Below are positions 10,297 to 20,469 of a DNA stretch of 64,000 bases, piece by piece. The notes beneath the pieces were generated by a model, which worked only from the letters and a program-made list of their open reading frames with translations, was not told the DNA's origin and did no database searches. Every line of letters begins with the position of its first letter. The stretch's first letter is position 1. A program made the position numbers and the translations under genes. The stretch is from a virus, in the IMG/VR virus record IMGVR_UViG_3300032401_000001, positions 32,001 through 96,000 of that record. One strand, given 5' to 3'.

Positions 10297-11262
10297 TCAT
10301 CCCCTGTCCATTGGTCTAGTTCCACCACGTACCGACGGTGGTGCCATCGTCGTGCTGGGATTCAAAGGTGGCTGAGTGCGCTCCTGCAGCGTTTTCTGCG
10401 GCGTTGTGGGTGGTGGCGCGGCTGATGTCGTCGGCGTCGGTGCCGTTGATGTTGCTGCGGGTTGAGCGGCGGGCTTCTCGGGCGCCGGCGCCGCCACCTG
10501 CAACTTCTTGGTGTCCGGCGTCGCAGCTGATGCCAACCCGTAGGGGCCACCGTCAGTGAACGGCGTCTTCAGCTTGCAGGGCGTACCCGCCGCCGGCGTG
10601 TAGATGACGTACTGCATCGGAATGAACTGGAACTGGAACGTCGCCATCATCTGCGTCTGGGCACTCAGTCCCTGGTTGTGCATGATGAACACACCCGAGA
10701 CGATGACGCTGTCGTAGCGCAGTCGTGCCAGCTTGCGCCGGCGCGCCAACTGCGTGCTGCGCAGGATGTCACGGTACATCCGCAGCATCCAGACGCGCTG
10801 GTCATCTTGGTAGGTGTTGAGGAGGACGCCACTGTAGGAGAACGTCGGAGCCCTTTGCCCGAAGGTGTAGACGACGAAGTTGTCACTGAGGGACTCGACG
10901 ACTTGGACCTTCTCTTGAAAGGATTCCTGAACGTCCGTCAGCAGAAAGTCGATGAAACCGGTGCCACCGGCGGCGCCTTTGGCCGCGCCACACAGCACCT
11001 GCGCCAGCTGCCGCGATTCTGGTGGGCAAGACTTGACGAAGTTGAGGCGTTCTTGAGCTGTACCGATGTCGATGTAGAGCCGCGCCATCGTCTCGCGGTA
11101 CTCAGCGTCGCGCGGCCCCTTGTTGATGGCGTACTTCGGGGTAGCTCCCGGATAGTCGGAGAAGACTCCGAGGACGGTCTGTGGGCCGTTCTCATCGATG
11201 TAAGGCGGTGACCCGAAGGTTTCGAAATCCCAACCACCCGGGATGATGCCAGGAAGACCCAT
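10297..11262 (-). CDS. Putative tail-tube-like/baseplate protein with Pro/Thr/Ala-rich tail
   Basis: 321 aa; beta-rich core 'ESFQEKVQVVESLSDNFVVYTFGQRAPTFSYSGVLLN'; follows tape measure. Confidence 0.45.
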   Translation of the reverse strand: MGLPGIIPGGWDFETFGSPPYIDENGPQTVLGVFSDYPGATPKYAINKGPRDAEYRETMARLYIDIGTAQERLNFVKSCPPESRQLAQVLCGAAKGAAGGTGFIDFLLTDVQESFQEKVQVVESLSDNFVVYTFGQRAPTFSYSGVLLNTYQDDQRVWMLRMYRDILRSTQLARRRKLARLRYDSVIVSGVFIMHNQGLSAQTQMMATFQFQFIPMQYVIYTPAAGTPCKLKTPFTDGGPYGLASAATPDTKKLQVAAPAPEKPAAQPAATSTAPTPTTSAAPPPTTPQKTLQERTQPPLNPSTTMAPPSVRGGTRPMDRG

Positions 11263-11263
11263 C

Positions 11264-11473
11264 CTACTGCTCCTGCGGCGTGTCGCCGAGCTCGATCACT
11301 ATCTCGCCGGTGTTGTAGACCACGGCGAACGCTAGCTTGTAGAGCGACGGCAAAGCGAGATCAGCGTCTTGCCGTCGCCGCAGGTTGTTCATGATGTTGT
11401 CGTTGGCCAGGCGCAGCAAGCTCCGCGGCGTCGGCATCGTGAGCTGGCGAGTCGGTTGGTTGGCCATCATCAA
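11264..11473 (-). CDS. Small hypothetical protein
   Basis: 69 aa, start overlaps tape measure stop, fills the gap exactly. Confidence 0.5.
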   Translation of the reverse strand: MMMANQPTRQLTMPTPRSLLRLANDNIMNNLRRRQDADLALPSLYKLAFAVVYNTGEIVIELGDTPQEQ

Positions 11474-14400
11474 TCCTTCGTCGCTCGACCCACCGTGTGC
11501 GCTACGGCTGAAGAGCGCAAGTACTCCGAAGTCTTGCGGAGGTCTTCCGTCGCCGCGCGGAATTCCTTTACGTCACGGCCACTGAGACCAGCTGCGCGTC
11601 CCGCCTCATCGCCGAACTTCTCCAGCTTGTCGGCTTGTTTGCGCGCCGCACGTTCACCGGCTCCACCAACGCCCTTACCACCGACACCTTCGCCACCGGC
11701 CTCGAATCCGCGTCGAACCAACTCAGCGCGTTTTTTCGGATCCTTCTCCGCTTCTTCTACGATAGCGGCTCGATCGTTGCCGGTCTCTGCCGCGATGACA
11801 TCCGCACCCTTCTGCAACGCCATGGCAGTGCGCACGCCCTCACTATCGCCTCTCACCTTCTGGGTCGCAGCAACTTGCGCTTCGCTACTCAGTCCCGCCA
11901 TCGTCTGGCCGAACTGGCGCAGTGCTTGTTGGATCTCAGGATCACCGGGTCTATTCTCCGGTTTACGCGCGTCTTTCCGCAGTCGGTCGTACTCACCCGG
12001 TTTGCCGGCGAGACGCGCTTTCACGGCGTCGCGAAGCTTCGTCGCGTTTTCGCTGTCACCTTTAGCGTCGAGCGCCTCTGCGGACGCCAGTAGCATGAGG
12101 TTGTCATCCTCGGTGCGGATGGCGAATTCTTCGAAGCCCTTCACACCCTTCTCTGAGATCCGTGTCGCCCGTCCTATCACAGCACCGATGACGGCGCCTA
12201 CAGGTCCCGCAGCTAAGAGACCGGCAACGGCACCGGTACCGGTAGCCGTACCAGTTTCACCAAGGAATGTGCGCGTCTTTTCAGCCTGCTCTTCTGCTTG
12301 TTTCTGAGCTTCCTCGAGATTGCGGGCTCGCTTGCCGGTATACGCTTCTTGCGTCGTAGTCAGAGCCCCCTTGGCGGCAGCCCCGCCTTCGTGTCCCAGG
12401 CGCCCCATGACGACCTCACGAGCACCCTGATCCCATTGCTTCGCCGCGGCGTCAGCATCGACACCTTCGCGACTCGCTGCAGCGATGAAATGCTTCTTGG
12501 CTTCTTCGTCACTCAGGGTCTTCGCGCGGCCCGCGAATGGAATGACGGCGCCCAAGCCTTGAACTTGCGCCAACTCCTGTCGTTTCGCCAGCGTACCGCT
12601 CATGCGGTCCACGATGGATTGCATCGTATCGGCGTTCACTTCACCGCCACCACCACCACCACCCCGTTGTGCCGCGTTGAGAGCTTCGATCTGGGCTTGT
12701 TGCGCGCGGGCCATTTCACCTTCGCCCATGCCCATGCCCTTGGAGATGCCAGCACCGAGCTTGGTCACATCCTCAGCTTCACGCCGCAGCTGTTGGGCAA
12801 AGGTTTCACCGCCCTTGATCTTTTCAATAGCCCTGCCCGCTGTGCTGATGCCACCGCCCATCATGAAGCGATCGGCACCACCGGCACCAAACATGTTGGC
12901 GGCCCAGGGCGCGTATTCGGCAACTTGGCCCCACGTGCCACCACGGGCACGCGCCCACTGAGCAACGTTGGATTCGCGCGCTGCGGATGCTTCTGGAAGA
13001 ATGGCCGTACCGACGCCTACCATCGCAGCTTTACCTAAACCACCACCAAAGGCCATCGGCAGAATGTCTTTCGCGCCACCGTACATCGAAGACAGTTCTT
13101 CCCAAGCCGTAAGCGGCGTGTCACCGCGGGTCGGACGCAGCCCTCCCGCAGCACCGCGGGCACGTTCCCAACCCTTGTCGGTGAGCATGTTCCGTTCAAG
13201 GACGCGTTGAGTTTCGCGATTCTCGACAGACAAGCGCTCTGAGGGACGTACAATCTGCGCACCTGTGGTAGTGCGATCACTTCCCGTCCACCACGACGCG
13301 ACGTCGGTACGCAGACCGCGGTACATCTCCCCGAGGCCACCACCGACACGCCCGAGTTTCTCCCCAGCTTCATAGACGGGCCGGAACATCTCGCGCCGGG
13401 TCGCGGCGGCACCGGCGTCGATGACGTTCTGCCGCCGTTCCATCTCCTCTTGGCGCATGCGGGGGATGTCGGCACGAACTTGCTGGGCCGCCGCCCGCCA
13501 GACATCGCGGTTCCCCGCCATGAGCTCGAGGTCGCGCGCCTGCTGCGCTCCCATCCCCAGCTGTTGCAGTGCACTGCCGAGACCGATGTTGCCGCCAAAC
13601 TCGCGCTGTACGTTCATGCCTTGCCGGATGAGCATCATCTGCATGCCCATCGGCCCCAGGCGGCGTCCCATCTCGTCGGCCAGTTCCCGCTGCCGCGAGG
13701 TGAACTCTGAGATCACGCGCTCTTGTGAAACTCCGCCCATCTGGGCCAGCCGCGAGATGTTCGTCGCGGCTCCGGACGCTTGTTGCGACAGCGAAGCGCG
13801 GCCGGACTGCACGTCTTCCAGGCGTTCCTGATCGATCGTCAACTCACCCTTAGCCCCGCGGGTCAGCATCGACATGAGCGGGTAGCGCATGTTGAGCATC
13901 GCCGCCTGGCCTTCCATCATCGTCTGGGCCAGACCCTGGCGACCACCGGCGAGCGCGAGTTGCTGCGGGGTGTAGGTGCCGACGGCTTCAGCTTGCCGGG
14001 CCATGCCGTAGGCGCCCATGCCGGCCTGTGCTCCCAGCCCAGCGGTGAGCCCCGCTTGCTGGAACATCATGCCGCCGTGCCGGCCCGCCGTTTCCATCAG
14101 CGCCTGGGGGGTGGTGCCCGCCATGCGCGAGAAGAGCTGCGCGTTGCGCGCCGCGACCATGGTCTCAGGAACCGAAAGACCCATCGCCCGCATGCTGGCC
14201 ATCGATTGCATGGCCTGCTGTACGTCGGGACTCTCGACGATCATCATGAACTGGCGTACCGCCCGGGCGATGTTGCGCACCTGGCCGGAGATCTGCTCAC
14301 CCGACTGCGCCATGTCCATCATGCCGCGTTGACCAGCGATGTTCGTGATGCGCATCACGTCGCGCATGTTGAACTCGCTCATCTCGCCGCCTTCGACCAT

Positions 14401-15384
14401 CTTCTGCATCTGCCCCGCCGTTTGCACGGCGGCGCGCTGGGTCAGGCCCCGTCCCAGCGGGTGCAACTGTGGACCCGTGACCACGAACTGCCGGGTCATC
14501 TCTTCGAGTTGCTGGCCGTAGGCGCGTTGCCGAACCATCGGGTCAATCGCCGCTTCACCGATGCGCGTCAAACCCAGCGGCTCAGCCCCGAGTGCCCCGG
14601 CTACGCCACCGCCAAAGAATCCCAGTGCGGCCCCGCGCGCACCTCCCATACGAGCGCCCAGAGCTGCACCACCCAGCGCGCCGGGAACCGACCCCGCCAA
14701 CGTCGGGGTCACCGCCATCGCCTGGGCGAAGGCGCGGTTCCCCATGGTCTCCTGCTGCATCTGCTCACGGAACCATGGTTCACCGAAGCGACCACCTGGT
14801 GCCGGACCACCGAAGACCTGTGGCAGCATGCCACCCAGCTGGGGTCCGCCGGGGAAGAGCGGCATGTACGGCTGCGGGATGAACGGCGCCGGCATGGGCG
14901 CGTTGAAGCCCACGGGTGGCACCTGGGGCTGCATCAGCGCGCCCGGAGCAAAGAGCTGGTTCGCCGGTAAGCCGGGGCGGTACATCGCCATCGCCGCCGG
15001 GGTCTGGTAGATGGGGCTGGGAATACCACCGGGACCCGGTAGGCCCATGGTAGGTGTGCCTCCCGCTTGGGTCTGCGCCATGTACTGCGCGATCTGTGCG
15101 GGCAGGTAGTTCTGCTGGATCTGCTGTAGACGCTGGGAGAAGTCGACGGCGAACTGGTTCTGGACCTGGCTATGCTGGTGGGCGGCCTGTACCTGGGTCT
15201 GCATCTGCGCCGCCATCTCTGCGGCGACCTGCCCCGGGTGCTTGGTCTGCGGTTGCTGGAAAGCTTGTGCTACCGGTCCGCCGAATCCTTGAGCACCGCC
15301 GGACGTAGGCAGCAGCCCGACCTGGGCGGCCATGCTGTTGAACCCGGTGATGATCTCGCGCAGGTTCTGGGTCGCGTCGGCCAC
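11470..15384 (-). CDS. Tail tape measure protein
   Basis: 1304 aa, Ala/Gly/Gln/Met-rich helical low-complexity sequence, directly downstream of a chaperone-like ORF pair. Confidence 0.75.
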   Translation of the reverse strand: MADATQNLREIITGFNSMAAQVGLLPTSGGAQGFGGPVAQAFQQPQTKHPGQVAAEMAAQMQTQVQAAHQHSQVQNQFAVDFSQRLQQIQQNYLPAQIAQYMAQTQAGGTPTMGLPGPGGIPSPIYQTPAAMAMYRPGLPANQLFAPGALMQPQVPPVGFNAPMPAPFIPQPYMPLFPGGPQLGGMLPQVFGGPAPGGRFGEPWFREQMQQETMGNRAFAQAMAVTPTLAGSVPGALGGAALGARMGGARGAALGFFGGGVAGALGAEPLGLTRIGEAAIDPMVRQRAYGQQLEEMTRQFVVTGPQLHPLGRGLTQRAAVQTAGQMQKMVEGGEMSEFNMRDVMRITNIAGQRGMMDMAQSGEQISGQVRNIARAVRQFMMIVESPDVQQAMQSMASMRAMGLSVPETMVAARNAQLFSRMAGTTPQALMETAGRHGGMMFQQAGLTAGLGAQAGMGAYGMARQAEAVGTYTPQQLALAGGRQGLAQTMMEGQAAMLNMRYPLMSMLTRGAKGELTIDQERLEDVQSGRASLSQQASGAATNISRLAQMGGVSQERVISEFTSRQRELADEMGRRLGPMGMQMMLIRQGMNVQREFGGNIGLGSALQQLGMGAQQARDLELMAGNRDVWRAAAQQVRADIPRMRQEEMERRQNVIDAGAAATRREMFRPVYEAGEKLGRVGGGLGEMYRGLRTDVASWWTGSDRTTTGAQIVRPSERLSVENRETQRVLERNMLTDKGWERARGAAGGLRPTRGDTPLTAWEELSSMYGGAKDILPMAFGGGLGKAAMVGVGTAILPEASAARESNVAQWARARGGTWGQVAEYAPWAANMFGAGGADRFMMGGGISTAGRAIEKIKGGETFAQQLRREAEDVTKLGAGISKGMGMGEGEMARAQQAQIEALNAAQRGGGGGGGEVNADTMQSIVDRMSGTLAKRQELAQVQGLGAVIPFAGRAKTLSDEEAKKHFIAAASREGVDADAAAKQWDQGAREVVMGRLGHEGGAAAKGALTTTQEAYTGKRARNLEEAQKQAEEQAEKTRTFLGETGTATGTGAVAGLLAAGPVGAVIGAVIGRATRISEKGVKGFEEFAIRTEDDNLMLLASAEALDAKGDSENATKLRDAVKARLAGKPGEYDRLRKDARKPENRPGDPEIQQALRQFGQTMAGLSSEAQVAATQKVRGDSEGVRTAMALQKGADVIAAETGNDRAAIVEEAEKDPKKRAELVRRGFEAGGEGVGGKGVGGAGERAARKQADKLEKFGDEAGRAAGLSGRDVKEFRAATEDLRKTSEYLRSSAVAHTVGRATKD

Positions 15385-15387
15385 TGT

Positions 15388-15858
15388 CTATTCATCCTTG
15401 TGCCAGGGCTTGTCGATCCCCTTGCGGGCGGCGGTACGGCGTGCGGCAAGACGTTGTTCGAAGACTGCTGCACGTCGCTGCTGTTCCGTATTGTCCTCCT
15501 CCTCACTGAAGGAAGCAACCCGCTCGAGCAGGCGCGCATCCCGCATCGCTACTTCTCGTCGCAGCTTCGACTCGCGCTGTAGGTCTTGCAAGCGGCGTTC
15601 GATCTCCTCCGGGTTGAAGATGGTCCCGAAGATGGCCAGTGCGAGCTCCTCCTCCAACCGGCTAACAAAGGCGGCCCCGGCACCGCGCAGCAGCCCAGTG
15701 AGCATACGTCCGGTGTGCACCGTCGTGTAGTACGACGCGATGCGTTCACGCTCGAGCGTCTCCTGCAAGATGCGATCTTGGACCGAGCCACGAGGCGGCA
15801 GCGAGAGACCCCGAGCGCGGAGGGACGCCCGTGCATAGCCCCGCGGCTGGGCTAGAAA
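15388..15858 (-). CDS. Tail assembly chaperone C-terminal (GT-like) frame, probably reached by -1 frameshift
   Basis: Frame is open from 15873 but has no ATG/GTG upstream of the TTG at 15768, which lacks an obvious SD; lies in the -1 frame relative to the upstream chaperone ORF and just before tape measure. Confidence 0.5.
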   Translation of the reverse strand, partial: FLAQPRGYARASLRARGLSLPPRGSVQDRILQETLERERIASYYTTVHTGRMLTGLLRGAGAAFVSRLEEELALAIFGTIFNPEEIERRLQDLQRESKLRREVAMRDARLLERVASFSEEEDNTEQQRRAAVFEQRLAARRTAARKGIDKPWHKDE

Positions 15859-16541
15859 TGCTCGGCGACTCCTTCACGCATGATCGCCAAGACGAGCCGA
15901 TCGAACTCGGCCAGCTTGACACTGATCTTGGCGAAGAGCGCGCTGGGCATGCGTTCGACGTAGTGCAGCCGTTCGTCGAACAGCTTGTGCGAGGCCTTCT
16001 CTTCCGTGTCAGCGGTGCTGAACGAGAAGCGCCGACCGTTGGGACCGTTGATGGCGGCGAGCGAAGCCGCGACGTTGTAGCGGATGATGATCTCCTGCTG
16101 CACGTCCTGGTAGATCGGTTGCTGAGCCTGCAGAGCGGCGTGGAGGCGCAACGTATCGAGATGCGCGCGGGTGCGGAAGATCACGCTGGTCCGCTTCGTC
16201 AGCGGGTACTCCTCCTCGTGGTAACCCTTCATCAGCAGATCGTCGATGATCTCCGCCGCTTTCGACTGCTCAATCTTCTGCTCCTCGAGGAACTTGGCGT
16301 AGTCCCGCACCGGCAACAGCGCCTGGCTCATGTCCTCGTACAGCGACAGGCGGCCCTTCGCTTCTTGTTCCTGCTTCGCCGCCTCGGGCGGCAGCTGCGT
16401 CGTGTCGTCGGTGGTCTTCTCGGTGGTTGCAGTGGTGGTGGCGGCAGGTGGCGTTGGTGGCGTTGCCGCGGTGGTCTTGTCACCGGGACGCACGAAGTCG
16501 CCGAGCTTGGGACGTGCTGATGTGGGTTCTGACGTGGTCAT
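15852..16541 (-). CDS. Tail assembly chaperone (G-like)
   Basis: 229 aa, SD GGAGG upstream, classic position ahead of tape measure. Confidence 0.55.
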   Translation of the reverse strand: MTTSEPTSARPKLGDFVRPGDKTTAATPPTPPAATTTATTEKTTDDTTQLPPEAAKQEQEAKGRLSLYEDMSQALLPVRDYAKFLEEQKIEQSKAAEIIDDLLMKGYHEEEYPLTKRTSVIFRTRAHLDTLRLHAALQAQQPIYQDVQQEIIIRYNVAASLAAINGPNGRRFSFSTADTEEKASHKLFDERLHYVERMPSALFAKISVKLAEFDRLVLAIMREGVAEHF

Positions 16542-16597
16542 GTTTGTATGCGTCCTCCGTTTTGTGGTATGAGCTTAGGTGTCGCGGTCCTTCGTAT

Positions 16598-16612
16598 CTT
16601 TACGGCGTAAAG
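16598..16612. promoter_or_regulatory. TTTAC-N3-GTAAA palindrome in the divergent intergenic region
   Basis: CTTTACGGCGTAAAG between the minus-strand tail operon and the plus-strand genes. Confidence 0.7.
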
Positions 16613-16678
16613 TAGCCGTCTTCGATAGCAACAACAGACGACACTTACACCCCACAAGGTAAGGGGGACCGAGGACGA

Positions 16679-17257
16679 ATGCAACAGCTCATCGAACTGC
16701 TGTTTATCCTGCTGCGCCTATGGGCACCGTTGCCGACGGCAACTATCCCGGCTGAACCGCTCGAACAACGGGCCTTCCGCCTCACCCAGAACGATCGCTA
16801 CGACCCGCTCATCCTAGTCGCCGCGCAAGAATGGAAGATCGATCCCTTCCTCTTTAAGGGGTTGCTCTTCGCTGAGTCCGGCTTCAAGCCACAGAAGATC
16901 AACCGACTCGGTGCTGCGGGGATCGCTCAGCTGACGGGGGGTGGACGTACCGGTGTCCGCAATGTGCGCTGCATGCGTGGCTTGTGCCGATCTTTCACGT
17001 TGCAAGACGCGCTCAATCCAGAGACTGCGATCCCGGCGGCCGCAGAGTTGCTCGCGTATCTGCGTCGCACCTGTGGTGAAGACCGCATGCTCTCCGCCTA
17101 CAATACAGGCAACTGCAAAGCTCGAGTTCGCGTCTTCGTCAGGGTGGTGACGCAACACACGAACCGATTTCGTACCCTCGGTGGTTTGCCGCCGCTATCG
17201 CTACCACCGACGCGTCCTTCTCGTCTACTTGCCCAGCAGAACCCCCCGAACAGCTGA
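16679..17257 (+). CDS. Lytic transglycosylase (SLT domain) with hydrophobic N-terminus, candidate endolysin
   Basis: 'GLLFAESGF', 'GAAGIAQL', 'ALNPETAI', 'SAYNTG' SLT motifs. Confidence 0.85.
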   Translation: MQQLIELLFILLRLWAPLPTATIPAEPLEQRAFRLTQNDRYDPLILVAAQEWKIDPFLFKGLLFAESGFKPQKINRLGAAGIAQLTGGGRTGVRNVRCMRGLCRSFTLQDALNPETAIPAAAELLAYLRRTCGEDRMLSAYNTGNCKARVRVFVRVVTQHTNRFRTLGGLPPLSLPPTRPSRLLAQQNPPNS

Positions 17258-17268
17258 AGGAGCTCCTC

Positions 17269-17529
17269 ATGGCCAATGGTTCTCGCCCAGGTCCGCGCCT
17301 GGTAGCGCACGTCTCTGACGACTCTCTGTTGGTAGTCCAGCGCGGCGTCACCACCATCTGTGACAAGCGGCACACCGACGTGCCACGTTCCATCACGTTT
17401 CTGCCGGCCAACCAGAAAGGCCGACTCCGGCACGTCTGCGCTGGCTGCGCCTACAAGCAGGGCTACGCTGATGCGCTCGCCGCGGCCCGCGACAATCCCG
17501 ACCTGCTCAAAGAGGAGGACGGCGAATGA
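17269..17529 (+). CDS. Small putative Zn-binding protein
   Basis: 86 aa, SD AAGGAG; 'ICDKRH...LPANQKGRLRHVCAGCAY' Cys/His pattern. Confidence 0.6.
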   Translation: MANGSRPGPRLVAHVSDDSLLVVQRGVTTICDKRHTDVPRSITFLPANQKGRLRHVCAGCAYKQGYADALAAARDNPDLLKEEDGE

Positions 17530-17780
17530 AGCTCGAGGAGATCATCGACATCGCCGACGCGGCCTATCCCGATGACTTCGTGCGGCAGTACTTCAACGAA
17601 CCCGAGAAGAACCACGGCGACAGCCTGGCACGTTTCATCGCCTTTGAGATCATCGAGACCTTCGATGAAGATGGCACCGACGAAAACCAGCTCGCGCAGG
17701 CCATCCACGCCATCGCCAACGGCCGCGATGAGCTGGATCGCGTTCTCGACGCCCTCGGTGCGAAGGCGCGCGATCTGTGA
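17526..17780 (+). CDS. Hypothetical acidic protein
   Basis: 84 aa, ATGA overlap with both neighbours, high GC3. Confidence 0.7.
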   Translation: MKLEEIIDIADAAYPDDFVRQYFNEPEKNHGDSLARFIAFEIIETFDEDGTDENQLAQAIHAIANGRDELDRVLDALGAKARDL

Positions 17781-18352
17781 ACGAGCTGCGTTACTGCACC
17801 CTCTGCGCCTTGCACGAGCAGCGCAAACACGTCGCCCTCGGTCGGGGCAACGTCCAGAGCCAATTCATGGTCGTCGGCGAGACGCCCGGCAAAGATGAAG
17901 ATGAACAGGGCTTGGCACTTGTCGGGCGCCCGGGGCGCTTGCTGGATGCGCTGCTCATCGCGGCCCAGATTCCGCCGCCGGCGACATTCATCATGAACAC
18001 GGTGCAGTGCGTTCGTCGCGACCCGGACAACTCGCAGAAGATTCTCCCACCAGATGAGCTCGCGACGAAGACCTGTCCCTGGTTGGATCGGCGTCTTCGT
18101 GAACATCCCCCGCTCGTGGTCGTAGCTCTAGGTCGGTACAGCATCGGCTGGTTCAAGGGCTACACCTGGGACACCACCAAGAAACTGCGGGTGAAGAACG
18201 AAGTGAACCGCGTCTTTGTGCATACCCAGGGTTTCACCGTCGTTTCGGCCTACCATCCGACCTACGCCACGCAGCACGGCGCCTGGGCGGCGCGCAGCCT
18301 GCTGCATGGGCTCGAAGTGGCGCGGAAGTGCTATCTCACTCTTCGTAGTTGA
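17777..18352 (+). CDS. Uracil-DNA glycosylase family 4 (Fe-S type)
   Basis: 'CTLCAL', 'VGETPGKDED..G..LVG..GRLL', 'FIMNTVQC', 'VVALG', 'YHPT'. Confidence 0.9.
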   Translation: MNELRYCTLCALHEQRKHVALGRGNVQSQFMVVGETPGKDEDEQGLALVGRPGRLLDALLIAAQIPPPATFIMNTVQCVRRDPDNSQKILPPDELATKTCPWLDRRLREHPPLVVVALGRYSIGWFKGYTWDTTKKLRVKNEVNRVFVHTQGFTVVSAYHPTYATQHGAWAARSLLHGLEVARKCYLTLRS

Positions 18353-18396
18353 TTTCCTCCCGTTGCTCATGGCATAAACAACACCAGGAGCTTCTC

Positions 18397-20469
18397 GTGA
18401 AGTGTACTTGCGGCTATGAAACCCCCGCTGAGCTGGCAGCCCAGAACGAAGGGCGCTGCGCCAGTTGTGGTGGCCCTGTCGAACCTGATCCCATCGAACT
18501 TCTTAGCTGTCCAGCTCTCGGTCTCGTCGAAGAGATTCGTGCCGGGCAGGTCGAGTACGCCCGGGCGTTCGTCGAGATGTTGGATACCCCGGGCAACGCC
18601 TGCGGCGTGTTCCAGGCGGGCTGTGGCATCGGCAAGACGTTCGCCTACGGCGTGCCCGCCGTGCTGCGCCCCACGCGTGTCGTCATCGCTACGGGCAAGA
18701 AGAGCCTGCAGGACCAGCTGGCCAAGAAGGACCTGCCGTTCATGCAGCAGGTCTTCGGACGTCCCAAGCACTTCGTGACCATGAAGGGGAAGAGCAACTA
18801 CGTTTGTCGCTGGATGCTCGAGAAGAACGAAGGACTCTTCCGCGCACAGGGGCAGATGAAGTTGCACGCTGCCTTGACGACGTGGGCCGCGGATACGACA
18901 CACGCCGGTGACCTGGACACCTTTCCAGGCCAGCTGGAGTTCCCCGCGTCGACCTGCACCGCAGACGAGTGCGTGAAGTGCAGCTACGGGGACAAGGGGC
19001 TATGCGGCTATCGGCGCCGGCGCGCTGAACTGCCGGGTGCCGACGTGGTCATCATCAACCACGCCCTGCTCGGCTACGTGCTGCGCTACGGCGCCACCGT
19101 CATCGGTCCGTTCACCATCCTCATTGTCGATGAAGCGCACGTCGCGCCCGGCTTCATCCGCAACGCCTTCTCGCAGGATCTCAGCGAGACCTGGCTGCGC
19201 CACTACATCAACCGGCTGCAGCGCGACGCCATCCTGCACTTCACCGATGCAGCCCGTGACGCCATCGAAGACCGCTGGGCTGCGCTGTTCGCCCAGCTAC
19301 CGACGACGAAGATGCTGCCGGTCGGAGTCCTGGGCGCGGCTGGACACGCCGCCGTGACCGACCTGGAGACGGTGAAGGCCAAGGTTCATGACTACCTAGC
19401 TTCGCGCTGGGGTCACGAAACCGAGGATGGTGAAGTCGACCTCGAAACCATCCAACTCGAACTGCTCAACGAGCGTGACCGGGGCAATGCAGCGCCGCTG
19501 CGGGACTTCTACGCCGTTACCAAGCAGCTCGACAAGCTGCTCGAGAAGCGGCAGACCATCCTCGATACCTACGAAACTGACGACAACTACATCCTCTCGC
19601 AAGAAGACACGAACACCGGGCGCAAGCGCGTCCTGCGGCAACCGGTGAACCTGGCACCGATCACGGGTCCCAAGTTCGCCGGCATCAACAAGGTCCTGTT
19701 CACCAGTGCCACGCTCAGTGCCGAGACTCTAGCGGCGGAGCTGGGACTGCAACCCCGGCACGTGCTGAGCGTACCGTCACCGTTCCCCTACCAGCGCTCG
19801 CTGGTGTACCTGCCGAAGCATCTGCCTCGGCCCGATGACCCCAAGTGGCACAACGCCATCGCTGACGAAGTCGTACAGCTGGTACGCGCCTCGGGGGGCA
19901 ACGCCTTGGTGCTCTTCTCGTCCATGAACGATCTGCGGGAGATTCGCCGCATCGTCGACACCGAGTACGAGCTCGAGTACCCGCTGCTCGCGCAAGGTGA
20001 TGGGCGCCGTGCCCCGGAAGTCTTCGACGAATTCATGCACACTGAACGTGCGGTGCTCTTCGGTTCGAAGTCGTTCTTTGAGGGCATCGATGTCCAGGGC
20101 GAGAAGCTGTCCCTGGTCATCATCCCCAAGTTGCCGTTCCCCTCGCCGGATGACCCGCTGACCAAGGCCAAGAGTGAGCGACTGGGGAGCGGCTGGTTCG
20201 CCGGGTGGAGCTACCCGCAGATGCAGCAAGACGTCCAGCAAGCCGCGGGGCGGCTGATACGTACCCGGGATGACCGGGGCGTAGTGGCCATCCTCGACGT
20301 ACGCATCTGGGTCGGGGGCAACCGTGAGATCGATCCACAGGACATCGGCACGAAGAAGCTGTGGCGCGGCTACGGCTATCAGCTAGTGAAGTCGCTGCCC
20401 TTTCCCAACTGGTCGCCGCGACGCGAGTTGGTGTTCGAGTACTTCAAGATGCTGCGAGCAGCGGCATAG
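18397..20469 (+). CDS. dinG: DinG/YoaA-family ATP-dependent DNA helicase
   Basis: Walker A 'AGCGIGKT', 'DEAH', 'VLFSS', 'EGIDV.G..LSLVII.KLPF', 'QAAGRLIR..DDRGVV.ILD.R'; GTG start at 18397 has SD CAGGAG. Confidence 0.92.
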   Translation: MKCTCGYETPAELAAQNEGRCASCGGPVEPDPIELLSCPALGLVEEIRAGQVEYARAFVEMLDTPGNACGVFQAGCGIGKTFAYGVPAVLRPTRVVIATGKKSLQDQLAKKDLPFMQQVFGRPKHFVTMKGKSNYVCRWMLEKNEGLFRAQGQMKLHAALTTWAADTTHAGDLDTFPGQLEFPASTCTADECVKCSYGDKGLCGYRRRRAELPGADVVIINHALLGYVLRYGATVIGPFTILIVDEAHVAPGFIRNAFSQDLSETWLRHYINRLQRDAILHFTDAARDAIEDRWAALFAQLPTTKMLPVGVLGAAGHAAVTDLETVKAKVHDYLASRWGHETEDGEVDLETIQLELLNERDRGNAAPLRDFYAVTKQLDKLLEKRQTILDTYETDDNYILSQEDTNTGRKRVLRQPVNLAPITGPKFAGINKVLFTSATLSAETLAAELGLQPRHVLSVPSPFPYQRSLVYLPKHLPRPDDPKWHNAIADEVVQLVRASGGNALVLFSSMNDLREIRRIVDTEYELEYPLLAQGDGRRAPEVFDEFMHTERAVLFGSKSFFEGIDVQGEKLSLVIIPKLPFPSPDDPLTKAKSERLGSGWFAGWSYPQMQQDVQQAAGRLIRTRDDRGVVAILDVRIWVGGNREIDPQDIGTKKLWRGYGYQLVKSLPFPNWSPRRELVFEYFKMLRAAA

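Noticed and set aside
1-16541. Bacterial extracellular contractile injection system rather than a phage tail
   Set aside because: Adjacent 47 kb is typical large-phage early/replication content with no host housekeeping operons; capsid genes are outside the window so it is not formally excluded.
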